Shown here piece by piece: positions 1-22,300 of a DNA stretch of 64,000 nt. Both the position numbers and the translations under genes were made by a program. Under the pieces are notes generated by a model that was not told the DNA's origin, ran no database searches, and saw only the letters and a program-made list of their open reading frames with translations. The DNA is from Tubulanus polymorphus (taxonomy: Eukaryota; Animalia; Nemertea), in contig NC_134025.1 of the NCBI RefSeq assembly GCF_964204645.1, positions 21,990,299-22,054,298 of the forward strand. Direction: 5' to 3'. Positions within the stretch are counted from its first letter, which is position 1. Every line of letters begins with the position of its first letter.

Positions 1-96
1 CTAGATTTCTGCCTATTTTTTAAGGAAATGCAGCGCCGTGCTGAGATTTCAGTTTTTTTTAAATAGAAATGCATAAAACAAAAACTAGAATTATAT

Positions 97-98
<2 letters not shown>

Positions 99-168
<70 letters not shown>
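99..168. repeat. (AT)n microsatellite
   Basis: Pure AT dinucleotide run of about 70 bp. Confidence 0.95.
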
Positions 169-171
<3 letters not shown>

Positions 172-1105
172 CATTCATCTGGTCTCAGCTTTTTCAGGTC
201 AAATAAGTAGTATTTCTTCTTAGATTGGTACGATTTGTAGGAATCACCAGTGCAGATGGGGTGTTTTGTAGAAAATATGCTGTTCCAGGCATTTTAAGCC
301 CCATTTTAATAGATGACATCACTAACACACTGCATGACAGACTGCTTTAGTAGTTAAGGGCATTTAACTAACTGGTGTTGTGCAATGAATTTGCCGTCTA
401 TCATTAGAGTTTAGAAACAAGCGAAGTGATGGGAAATTTTTGCCATACAGTACATGTTTGGCAGGCAGAGCTAATTAAACCCCTCGTTTAAGTCCCACAA
501 ATGAAAACCCGAGTAAAACCCACGTGTAACCCTGGGATAAACTGAAAAGTTGCTTATATTGTACTTCCCGGTCCCATCTAACTGTAACACCAATAAACGA
601 GGGGTTCAGGGTAGTTGTCTACAAAAATCGTCAATCTGACAATTTCAATTTTCAACGCCCCCTCTTGTGAACATAGAATTTAGAAAGAAACCAATGGACC
701 GTGACTCTCACGACAATCATAGAAAACTTCCACCACGAAAATATCGGGATTCTGTCTACAGATGGATGGATGAATGGATAATGGGCAAAAATCGAATGCA
801 ATAACCCACAGGTACTGAAGTTCATAGTAGCAGTGTTTTCAATAAGAGCCAGGTCCCAGGTCCCAGACCCGTCTGTCGTTTGTAAAGGACCCGCCTGTTT
901 TTTCAAACCAGCTTTCATTTCCGGGACTGTGACATATTATGGGACCCTCCTGTTTTTCAAAGGGACCTGGCTTGTTAATTTCTTATTGAAAACACTGAGT
1001 AGGCTAAAAATGTTGTAAGGTCAGTGTTGAGCAAAAACTGAGCTAGAGCCAAAATTCAGCGGCATCAATTCTGCCTACCGAGCACTTTGGCGTGTATGCT
1101 GTTAC

Positions 1106-9817
<8,712 letters not shown>

Positions 9818-10830
9818 TTCAAAATAAAATATGGGTCACGTCCATACCCAAACTCTAAAGCGAACTGACGAAATAAAATGTCCGCTATAATGTTATATTG
9901 CCAGGTGATTTTACTTTAAACTAAAATCATAAAAATTAAATTAGTTTGAATATTAGTAGATTGTGTTCATTATTAGTGTAACTTATGATTGAAATAGGGA
10001 TTTATAAAATGTAGTTTCGGCAATAACTTTTCCAATTTCTATCGGGCCGGGTCTATGTCCGGTACGCGGCTTGGGGTTGGATTAATTCCAGCCGTCAGAA
10101 CCCGTGGAAATTGGGTTCGAATCCATATTAAGATTGTTGCTATTATCAAAGCTGCATCCTTTACCTAAATTGAAGTTATCACGATATATCCTTGTTTAAA
10201 ACCTATATATACCAAACAATACGAAAGAATACTGAAAATACGGATGAAAATCCCATTTCTCGTCATCGATGGAAAGAAACTATTTGATAAGAATGGATTC
10301 AGTGATGCAGTGTTACTCAGCACTGGTCTGCTGACTGACCATCTGGTTCCTCAAGTGCCAAAATTTGATTCCGCATTGTACAATAAGAAAAAACTACAAA
10401 CATTTTTTATTGATAACTTGAGCACCTTTTTTTATTTTACAATATAAGCACCATATAATTATGTAACAATAATAATGATCATTTTATCAAAATTTCAAAA
10501 TCAAAAATGGAATGTATCATAATGATAAACTTTAATGGATATCACATCAGAAAATTGACTTAAAAATAATCTCATTGTTATCATTGTAAACGCATTTATA
10601 AAAGCTATGCATCAGTAAGCTTATAAAAACATGGCTCTGCGAATATGTAATACAGTAGAGTCCCCTTTACTCAGTTTATTCGGGACCATAAATATTTCAA
10701 TGATTCAGGGATTAGGGAAATTTTGCAGAATTCCTCACCGAGTTAACCGGTACAGTGTAAGGAGTCTACCATTACTTAGGTAACAAGACATTGGGAACGA
10801 AATTGCGCATGATATATTTCTATAGCGAAA

Positions 10831-13800
10831 TTATAATTCGGTCCTTTCTTGAGTTTTGTGTCTCCGTCTGCCTCGAATATGCATCGCACTTCCGCAATCA
10901 AACTTCATCGGAATGTATCCATCAGCGTTCGCGCTGACAACAACTGCTATGTCGTCTAAAAGGTGAAATAATTACATCATAATCTTTTTACAAATAAATG
11001 TATCATTATGATATCAGATTTGTCAATCAATGATAAATTTAATCGGGAATAGATAAGGCAAATTTCAAGGATATAAGGAGTATTAAAGAAACAAGTCTTA
11101 AGTTTTAGGGATGCCGATTCGTTTGACAATACCATGAAAGATGGAACAATCAGGAACAATTAAAGGCCATCTTCTGGGAACTGAAGAAAAAAACATTTGA
11201 CGTGCCATGCTCACCTATGATCAGTTCTAGGGACACTAGGCCGAATGCTTCCAGCACAGCCTCAAACTTCAATCTTCCGTTATCCAATAAAAATGTTTTC
11301 TGTATCGACTCTTCATCTATTTCAGAAGTGTACATAAGATACGCCAACTCTGTAAATGTTTCGAAAACATCGATAAATCAAGCAATCTGGAACCATTCCC
11401 TCTCCGACATTCAACATTCACATTCAGTCTGGGTCACCGATCAAAAGAATGGCAATAAATTTCTAATACAGGTATCTGTTTGGTAATTGTTATCCATTTC
11501 AGTTCATTTTCAATGAGAATAATTTTCACTAATGAAGTACTGAACATATTCAATGGATATTCAATATCAATTTTGGATCAAAAATTGGATCTACCCAATA
11601 TTTACGGTTAGCTGATAAAACTTACCAATTTCATCAATAGTAGGATATTGATAGTTTTGAACGACAGATATTTCAGATAACGATCTGTATGATAAAGAGA
11701 AGGTATTTCAAACTGTTGTGACAATTAACATGAATATCACAATGAATGTTAACATCTACTGGTAGTTCTACACTTACGTGGATAAAGTATCCATCTGCTT
11801 GCTCAAACGTTCCAACAACAAAGCCTGAATTAGCATGAATAAATTAAATTAAATTGTCAGACGCAAAATTCAAACATATTAAGCTACCTAAGTAGCAGTA
11901 TCATATTTACTGGTACTTTATACTGTAGGTGCAAATCAATTGAAAATGCCACGCAGGATTGAAAAGGAAATTCTAAATTCTATTTCTGGGGTATCCTATC
12001 AGTATGTCCCTATTTTGAACTCTTTAGATTTTCAATCTTTTAGATTCGTGGTAAATTTTCTTCATTAGCTTACCTGTTGTTTGACTTCACATTCAATGGC
12101 TGATATCTCTGAAACGTATTCATCATTCGCCGCAGTGGCGACATCAGTTGTCATTGCAACCTTCGATTCATCCCGTCGATCTTCCAGAATAGATTGACTT
12201 TCAGCAGTAGCGGATGCGGAAGGGACAGAAGCTCCATCTTCTTCTAACTCGTCCTGTACATCATCTATGACTTCGCTAGATGTATAAGCAACATCTTCAT
12301 GCACCATATTATGTATATTTTCAGTGGATTTCGCTTTGTGTTTTTTGTGATGTTTTTTCTTCTTCTTTGTTGCCTTTTCTTTACTACTAGAAACATTTGG
12401 ATTATCTTCAACGGCCAAATCTGGAAAATAACCATATACCTGTTGGTAAAAACAGAGGTGGCCACTTTTATTTGACTTTCCCTGATATGCACGTTTTTTC
12501 CAATCAATCAACACAGTCAAATATATTAGGCATAGAAGGAAAGTGTTTGATTTTACACAAGATGTAGCATCTTAACAAATTTCCCAGATGTTAAGCTTTT
12601 TTTTTACAAAAATTCCCTGACTTTTCCCTGATTTCTGGGTAAGTGGTCACCCTGAAAAATACATTGTTCTCAAATATGAGCGCTGCACTAGACAATCCTC
12701 CCTATTCAGAACCAGTCAATTCAAAATCAGAAAGCACTTATGAATTCTACAAGGATTTTGGCAAAACTTGGTGGTTTATTCAGAAAGAGCGGCGTATTCC
12801 TAATCATAAATTTAAGTTTTAATTTCTTACCAGGGTGAACAGGTGTTTCTTCAGACTCGAGTTTCGCGATATTTTCTTGGACCTGGTCTAGAATATTGGG
12901 CAAAGAATTTGATCGACTGCTCATCGTGATGCTTCCACTTTGCGACGGACTGCCAACAGATAATTCGTCTTCGATGGATATCCGCTTTTTATCCGAGGGA
13001 ATTGGAACTAAGATTTCTTCGTCTAAGGAATACAATTCCTGGCGGAAAACAGCCGCCTGCTCGGCAAAGCTTACGGTCTCAACCTCTAATTCGACGTTTT
13101 CATCTTGGTTCTTGGACAGATCGATGATCTTCGGTCCCTTTGAAGAGGATCGGTTGAAGAATGGACGGAATAGCTTATCAAAATGCCCGCTTTCCTTTGC
13201 ATCGACTTTCGGTGACTTTGGACTCTTCGCAGCCTTCACCGATTTGAGGTCTTTGAACTTTGGCGAATCTGATTTCTTATCTTTATGTTTCTTTTTAACG
13301 GCATCAGTTATGGAAGCATCGTTCAACAGTACAGCAGGAACAGAATGTGACTTCGGTCGCATGCTGGTTTCTAAAATGAAATCCAATTCAAAAGTGCAAG
13401 GAAACATGCAAGGGAAAACAAATCAAGTGGCAGTTTGATAAGTTACCTAGTCAAAATGAAAAAAAACCTTGTTTTACGGCTAAAAACATTGATACCTTGT
13501 TTCTCATTTCTGCTGTGCTTAAAGTTGACCCGGCCGCTTATCTACCCTGTACATTACTTTTTTCAAATCATGATCAAGCTAACCATAACAGACCCGACAG
13601 TTATAGAAATGTCTGAGTATAAATTTTATTGCAGGTTTTTAAAATGTCCTGGCTGACTAGGAGTAACAAGGTAGCATTCTATTTCAGCCTAATATACATA
13701 AGTTTAATGGACGGTGGACAATACATTATGGTCAATAGTGATATACATTGTTACATGATTACAAGTTCAACAGTTATTGGTAAATAGCAATTTCAATTCC

Positions 13801-16800
13801 CTGAGGCGACTTAATCAATATTTACCTAGTGGGCCAGAATAAACCTGTAATTCAAGTTTATACTCCCTTTCTAGGGATGACGACAGGAATGCAGAATCAT
13901 CATCATCTATACGACCGACCATCACACCGATCTGGCTGAGAGACTTCGATAACCAATGGAATGTTCCCAAACCTTTCGCACGCTCGTTTGGCTCCAGTTC
14001 CTGAAAGTACATCGAATTCAAGTAAATAAAATTCGAACCAGAATCAAAGGATGCTCGGGCAAGCAAATCAGAACCTCTCGTCACCTGATATTCCCTGTTA
14101 TGCAAATGGTCAATCTATTATTCAAAATGATGATATACCTGGAAGGTCATATTTTCATTCATTCGATATCTTTAGTGAGATATAGCAAGTTTCTTTACAG
14201 GTTTTTGCTAAATTATCTAACTCAGGCATTTGATCATTTGCTTAGCATTATAATGTGCCTGTTGTCCCATAAATTCCCAAAAAAACGATACAATGGGAAG
14301 ATCTAATCAGTCACCATCAACAATTTAGGTTAATGTATGTTATTATATGACAATTGGATTATAAGGGATTTCAAGGAGGCATTCACTTTTCTTAGGGATC
14401 AATAGAGGTTAAGTATGCTTACGATAACTCCAATATTCACTAGATTGTCTGCTTGTCGACAGTCATACATATAAATCTGCGTATGGCTGTTACCGCTCAC
14501 TACAACCGTTACCGTAGGCGCGTGAAAATGCAACAGGTTGGGAACGAGTAAATTTGGTACGGCGACGTTAGCCACTTTGTCCATGTATGGAACAGTATCG
14601 ACGACGATCAACTGTGATGTTTGAACCTCATTTTCCTACATAAAAGACATCTATTATCATCATAAGACATCGAAATTATCAATACAAACATTCATAATCT
14701 CCTGGGAAGTTCACATACAGCAAATGACGATGATTGTCACTATTTCGATTGGATTTCTGGAAGAATCGATTACTTCATACTGTAGTAGCTTATATTCATT
14801 TTTCAGAGATATACTAGTAGTGCGTCTCATACCAGGGACCCTGTCCCACTGATTTGGAGATTCAAGATAAAATGGTTGTCCGAATGTATGAATTTCGACC
14901 CAAGAGGAGTTGAACTAATTCATTACTGTGGTCGTGTAACTGGGTTTAGCATTATACAGCACAATGAAAATGCAAATTACGGATACACTCTTCGTATCGA
15001 TAATCATTAGCTTACGTAATTGATTGAACAGAATAAAATCATACTTTTGGTCTGATATCTAAGTTCAGCAGCTTGTGAGTGAGGGAAGTTTCGGTTTCTA
15101 ATCTCGGTCGGATAACATCTTCGTCGACGCTATCTTCCACTTCAGCAGCTGCATTTTGATCAGGGCCAGTTACATTGTTATTGTCCTTGTCAGGATTTTC
15201 TACATCGTTGTCATCATCATAATCGATATCTATAAGATGATCACAAAATCGTCGTTCACATACCATTCAATCCAATATACAGATGAAACGATACGATATG
15301 ATTAGTGCTTATTAGTACGTATACGTACATGAGTTTTCAAAATCAATCTAAGATATCAACATACAAATTAAGCTCGATTCACTGAATATAGCTACCATAC
15401 AGTGTACATGTATATGTTTTATGTATTGTCAATGTGCAAGAGCTGATAGAATCATATGACTAATATAAATACACAAATCTGAACGATTTTGAAGTTCACT
15501 TCCTTTTAATTGATCTATTTGAATCGGTTACACATTGTGAAATATTTCGTCAGTGAAATATATTTCTCTACCAACCTGGCGTCTCAAACAGGTCATCATC
15601 TAATAAAGCATCCAGTGGCATTTCTGCGGAAAAGACGAGCTGACCATTGTTCAATGGCGTAACGCAACAAAGATCGCCATCTAAACTAAAATGTAAACCT
15701 CAATTGATATGAACTTTGAAACTAGGGGTCCAGGGACACCATGTCCATTCGAAAACTGGTCCGCATTGCTCCATGCTCTGACAATTTGAAAATTCAAAGC
15801 TCTCTAATGAACATATACCGAAACCATTGACCTTGACCTTGAAATTTGCCAAAATCAAAGAACATGTCATAAGCTACAACCTTGCAATTGATTGTGGTAA
15901 CAAAATATGCCTACATCCAAATATAAATTGAAATACTACATTAAAAAAACTCAAACTCAATTAAAATCTAACAATAATTTCTCAAATTCTATGCATGAAG
16001 TATGAAAATCATGGAATATAGAAACTCTAATGACTAATCAGAGTTCATTTCGATAGCCTACTTGATTCGCCTAATTTTTGGATTGGAAGACCGAAAATTG
16101 AGATCAAACTTGAAAATGAACTAATTTTGATCAAGTTCATCTGGTATCTCAGTGGGCACATCTGACGGGAAAGCTGGTATGCCGGCACCCCATTGAACCG
16201 GTACTTACTTAGGGACTTTCCAAGCGCTAACTGTATACTCTGATATGTTATTGATATTATTCCACGAGTACTCGACAACCGAATTTCCGACGCCGAGGTA
16301 CAGTCTGTTTCCATCCGGTGACCAGGTTCCACATGATATTTTCCCACTAAAAACAAAAACAAAGCTTGATGCAGTTAAACCTACTGAATATATGGACCAG
16401 TGTTAAGGTAACCTGCATTTCCATCTGGATGCTGACATTATTTAATGTCCACCAAGTCTTGTACTTATTTTAATATAGAATATAATTCATCTGGAGATCA
16501 CATAAACTGGATGAATTTCATTTTTCTATCAGATTAAAATTGAATACGGAGTTAGCTTCTAGAATCAAATTTTAACTGACCAATAATCAAACCCTATAGT
16601 CAAATTACAATAACAGTACTGTACAACGGTTTTGGTATAACCATGTTACTGGAGTATAAAGCAGAAATATAAAACATACAAACCCATCAACTAGAGAAGG
16701 CAATTGTAGAGCAAAGCTTGATTTATTCTGCAGGTGGTTGAAGTAGAAGTTACATTGATCTTTCGTCAAAATGCTTAAAACATCGTTCGAAGGATTCCAC

Positions 16801-18797
16801 AGACAACCTAAAATAAATCCCAAAGAGTCGTTTTTTCATAGTGAGATGCTTTTCTACACCTGGGCCCGGTTTTATTAACAGGTATTATCTTTAACCCAGG
16901 GGCTAACTCAATTGAAAATGAATTGAGTTAGCTCCCAGGTTAAAGGTAATACCAGTCTATAAAACCAGGCTCAGGTGATCATTAACATGTTCAAATTATT
17001 CCACAGGCAAGGTGAAGATCGAAGGGGAAAAATTTAATAATCTTTTTCTAATATCTTATATGATATCATGCTAAGAACAAAGAAAACTATGGGTTCAGGG
17101 ACACCATGCCCACTTTGTGAAAGGTTTGACAAAATCAAATATTACATAAATATTCATTACTCCTTGGTAAAGAAATACAGTAATCAATGGGCTCGAGACT
17201 CACCGCAATCGTAGAACATGTCATGGGCTAGAACTTTGCAATTAATTGTGGTTTCAAAATATGCATAGGTACCAGTATACCATGGATTGAAATAAATATC
17301 AAGACTTACCTTGAGCTATCGGTAAGACGGAGATTTTGCGAAGTTGTTTCGACGATAACGCGGAATGAGATCCTTCTATATTCCATATCGAAACGGTATC
17401 GCGATGTACAACACACAGAAAACAGTAACCAGATTTACTAATGCTCCAGCAAACGCTTTCGACATAGCTGAAAAACAACCAAATCTTATACTTCCACCAT
17501 TCTGTCAATCTATAGACCGACTTGATCCGGTTCAGCAAGGTCATCCTGTTTTCAAAATGACTGATTTTCAAGAATACCGGTAGCTTGTCAAAAATATCTG
17601 AGTACCCAGTAGCAATCACTTGCATCATTCTCCTTTTATAAAAAAACCTCTATAATTGCTTTAAGCCTAATGTAAAATTGGAAGCAAAAATACAAAATTA
17701 TTTTCGATGAAGGGATAGACAGTGCAGTGATACCGCTCATCGATACTGTATCAATACTGTAAACTGTTATCAAGAAGTCCCTGTAACCTGTAAATCCACA
17801 AAATTATGTGAGTTAGTATTTCATTAGTTAGAGTCATTGCAGATGAACTAATTTCAACTCAAATATAACTCTAATTCACAACTGTAGAACGAATTGGGTC
17901 CTGAAGCAGATTTCCCAGAATGGCTTATGAAACACGATTTCTTATAGGCCTTCTGTATTTGTTTTCAAATTTAGGTTCGACTATACAGAAAACTTACTCA
18001 AAGTTTCCAAGTTTGATTTGTTTTTCGTTTTCACCAATGCCTTTAGCTAGGTGTTTCACTTGCGTTATGTTTAACTGGCATCCATCTGTCCAGGCTAAAC
18101 CATGTTTCAAATTAATCGCTGTAGAAAGTAAGAAGACAAGCATTTCACAAAAAGACATGACAATTATGTTCGAAAGATAGCCTTAATTTTCAAATGAGCT
18201 CTTTCACTTTATTAGATCTTACTGAAATATATTAGGAAAACACTTTCAATTCTCAGATTTTTCTGCTCAGTGAAATATTTGGTCTAAACACTAATGCATA
18301 AGGTGAAGTTTACTGTGTATCTGGGCAAATAAGGGAAGAAAAATTGGCAACTTGCAAGCCAATGGCCCAAGCCTTCTAGAAAAATAGTGGCACTACGCTA
18401 TATCAAATACATAGGCCAATTTTTCCTGGCCATTTTTTCCTACTATAGAAGTTTGTTGTACATTGCTTAAACGGTTTCAATGTTATCTGATAATCATCCG
18501 TGTATTATGGTAGTTTACAACTTCAGGATAAAATGTTCCTGCTTTGAGCCCAATTTGGTGGATGAACGATGCACGATTGCTAATGAATAATTAATTGTTT
18601 TTGCCAGTTGAAGATAAATGCGTATCCCTAGTGGAAATTTAATGTTTTCCCCCTGTTTCAATGCCCATATTCAGGTGCCCATGGTGCCTGTGTGACTAAA
18701 TAAGTTAAAAAGAAAGGAAGAAAAGTCATTTTTTTAACCTACAATTGCTCAAAAAGTTAATGCCATTTTTCTTCAACTTTGCGTAACCAAGTTCCAT
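10831..18797 (-). CDS. WDCP: WD repeat and coiled-coil containing protein (C2orf44 orthologue), ~15 exons
   Basis: N-terminus MELGYAKLKKNGINFLSN|SINLKHGLAWTDG matches the recalled WDCP start (MELGKGKLLRTGLNAL..HGLAWTDG). Also LPIAQG|CLWNPSNDVLSILT. C-terminus FLLDNGRLKFEAVLEAFGLVSLELII|DDIAVVVSANADGYIPMKF..TEL* matches the WDCP tail. Stop TAA at 10833-10831. Long K/S/E-rich low-complexity exons at ~13371-12830 and ~12420-12073. Confidence 0.85.
16857..16977. mobile_element. ~120-bp palindromic MITE-like element
   Basis: CACCTGGGCCCGGTTTTATTAACAGGTATT...AATACCAGTCTATAAAACCAGGCTCAGGTG is self-complementary over most of its length. A related copy lies at 40807-40930. Confidence 0.75.
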
Positions 18798-19335
18798 CTT
18801 TTTGATTGTCAGCTCTTTGTTCAAATCTAACTCGCGATCACAAGTCTTTTTGTAACTTGTTAGACATTTCCATACTATGCATTTCACGCCCTGTGTACTT
18901 GTGTTTAATTGGGTTTAATTGTCAACTTTTATCTATGGGTATTCCCCAATGACGTAATGAAGTAATTTCCTTAGTTCAATGCTTGTTAAGAACTAACCGG
19001 AGCTGTCCTCATTGGTGGGACACATAACCAAAGGCATATTGTTTACTTGAAACAGTTAACGAATGCACATTTTCTAGAATAACATACATTGAATAGAAAT
19101 TAACAAACAAACGAGCCACTGTTACAAAGAAAAACTGAATTATACGTCGAAAAACGAGACCAGGATGTGGCGCCATCTATCTGATGACTACTTCCGGGTT
19201 CTGACAGAAATGTTTTTTTTCACGAAAGGTTTTCGCCGATTCTAAACTATTTTGACACTAAGAAGATGCACCAGTAAATTCTTGTATCCGCTGCCAAATG
19301 GAAACGGATTTTATGATGTTTTTATTTGATGAAAT
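18798..19335. promoter_or_regulatory. Putative bidirectional promoter WDCP/VPS54
   Basis: Only 538 bp separate the divergent ATGs. Contains GGCGCCATCT (YY1-like, ~19169) and ACTTCCGG (ETS-like, ~19190). Confidence 0.55.
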
Positions 19336-22300
19336 ATGGAACATTTGAATAGAAATTACGTTGCGTGGAAAAAATGTGCCGTGTGCACCCCTCCACCGCT
19401 GGGTCCGAACTCCTCGATTACCACCACGTCCCACAATCACTATTCGCCGCGACAACATTTGTCATTCAAATCGCCGAGGGAGTTCACCCAACATCTACGC
19501 GACTTTCATTGTAAGAAAGAGGGTGGGTCGTTTGTATGTCGGTACGGCACGCACGGGGTATGTCCGTCGTTGCCGGTAGAGGGCGTCAGCGATCGTGATT
19601 ATGAAGATCATGTAGCGCGGGATCATGTTGCGGGGGATAGCGGTGAGTTTTTCATTAATGAATGTTTTCGAATGGACCAAATTTTCAGTTGTAAATATGA
19701 TATCCCACATAGGCCTATATATCAACCATATTAGTACATTAGCTACAGCACAGGGTTAGGTTTCACAAAAAGGTTTAACTCTTAAATCGGTTTAATTTCT
19801 TCGTTAATTCAGTTTATCTTAAATCGATTTAGGTCTGAATCATTTTTGTGAAACTGGGCCCAGCACATTACTAATTATGTAATCAACTGGTGTATACTAT
19901 GAGACAGTTGCCTGCTATCATGGAGTTCATTTAATTGTTTGTGTATAGAGGATAGCATTGCATAATTTAGGTAGTGTAAGGGATAAAAATTTGTTTACTT
20001 TTATTCGTTGCTAAGCTTGTCCCTATGACTCCTTGATTCCTTAAAAATTCCTTCTAAACAGAAAATGCTTTAAATCAGGACAGTTGGGTCCAGAATTTTT
20101 TTAACCTGATTAGGCGGTTACCAAATCAGAAACCATGTTTAGGTAGTGTAAAGGATAAAAATTTGTTGCTAAGCTTGTCCCTATGACTCCTTGATTCTCT
20201 AAAAATTCCTTCTAAACAGAAAATGCCTTAAATCAGTACAGTTGGGTCCAGAATGTTTTTTTACCTGATTAGGCAGTTACCAAAGTAGAAACCATGTTTA
20301 GGTAGTGTAAAGGATAAAATTTGTTTACAAAAACCTTTTGTCCAATTGAGTTCGAATAGAATGCAATGTTTCAACTTTGACGTAAATGCTTGTAGGAAGC
20401 CGATCATCGGGAAGTCGTAGTCCGACTCCGCCCGTCAGACCGTCGCAGCCTAATATCGTCGAAGACCAACACAAATGGACAGTGTTCAACGCTCAAGTGA
20501 ACTTGCCGGCCGTGTTGAACGATCCGCGTCTGGCGAAACGAGAGACCGACTTCTTTTCGAAAACGTGGGGTGAATCGTTCGAGAGAACGAGTATATCTTC
20601 AAGTCCATTTCTACCGAAAATCAACAAGCAAACCTTCGATAAATATCTACAGAAAATCGGACCGGTGAGTTATCGTAAATTTACATGGTCTAGGCATCAT
20701 TGATGATAATTCAATATGATTACTCGATGGTCTACCCTATTCCAGCTTTGTAGTTTTGTGAATTCCGATTTCACTGAAGTAATATTTTCTCGACAACCTT
20801 GCAGCTGGGTTTGTCCCAGTACAGTTCTGAGGTCCTGATAAATTAGAACGCTTATATCCAATCTCCATTATTATTTTCAGCGCTATAAAAGACATGTGAA
20901 ATCTCTATCCTCCGACGATAATCTCGGAGAACGAAGGGAAAGCCTCGATGCTTTTCCTATGTTGCATGGAAAAATACTTGGTTAGTATCGAAGTTATGCT
21001 TGTATAAAAGTGCTTGGCTTGTTTTTAGTCTCAATACTTATACAAGTAAACCCAGGGATAATTCGTAAAGCTAATGGTTTAGTTTAATAGAGAAACACAA
21101 GAAATACAAAAGATTTTAAATGGAAAAGTCCAATACTGGAAATTTACTCGATATCATCTTGCAGAATTATTAAACTGAAAGCACGCAAGTTTTGGCTGTT
21201 GACTAACTGCCAACATCTGGTGCAATTATTAAGATGATGGCTGTTAGTCAAAAATCAAAACATGTTTTCACTTACGGTAGATATAAACTCTCGTGTGGGA
21301 CTTTTTTATTTGACTGAAAACAAATAATAGATAAAAACCGATGATATCAGGACAATTTCTCCCTCCCAGATAAAATGATGATTTTTTTTTAGCATGTCCC
21401 TTTTTGAACATGAATTTTGCGAAGCTAGGCCTCACAGAGATCGATAAACTTAATCAAGAATAAATCACGGAAATATTGCATTTCGTTCATTTACAGATAA
21501 ATCAAAGTCAGATTTGGATCAAGTTCCAAAAGTAAGTGTAGACGAACGCAATGCATGCGAAATGTAAATCTTGGAATTTCTATTTGAAATCTCAATTTCA
21601 AATGCGTGCCCTGATAATGCATTCTGTCCTCTTGGCAATGATTGTGATATCATATTGTATTTTTTTCTGCAAGATTTTCCTGCAACAGTCATTTTCCTTG
21701 GAAAATATGGATACGTTCAACACCGTATTTCCGTGGTCTCAAATAGAATCTAGTCGACCAAACTCTTCTAAACCTCGTCAATCTTCTAAACTGCTTCAAG
21801 AAAAGGTAAGTGTATTATCGCAGATAAGAATTTCTTTGATCAGTTATGCATTTGATGAAGCCGTAAAAAGTTCTTTTATTATTTTTTATACAGCTTAGTC
21901 ATTATCTGGATATCATCGAGGTTCAGATAGCGCGACAAATATCTATGCGGTCAGACGCTTTTTTCCATGCCATGACGTCGCAAGACAAGCTAAATGACCA
22001 TATGTTTCAAACGTGTGCTGCCATTAAATGCCTTCGGTAAGAATGTCATGTAAAGAAACAGGGCATGCTCTTCCAGATTTGAAATAGAAACAACCACTCT
22101 GCTGGTAGTCAAATAACTCGGCTTAAACTTAGATTTTATTCCATTAATTTAAGTCTGAGTTCGAAATAACTTAAACCGGTAACATTGAATCAAATAACAG
22201 GGCCAGTCGTGCATTCAAGGGTTAGCTTTTATGATCATTTCTGGACTAACGTCACAACTCTTCAACTGCGCTCAAGTCATCAATTCGAGAAAGCAAATAC

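Noticed and set aside
12896-13438. 180-aa plus-strand ORF
   Set aside because: Antisense to a WDCP coding exon, with no independent evidence.
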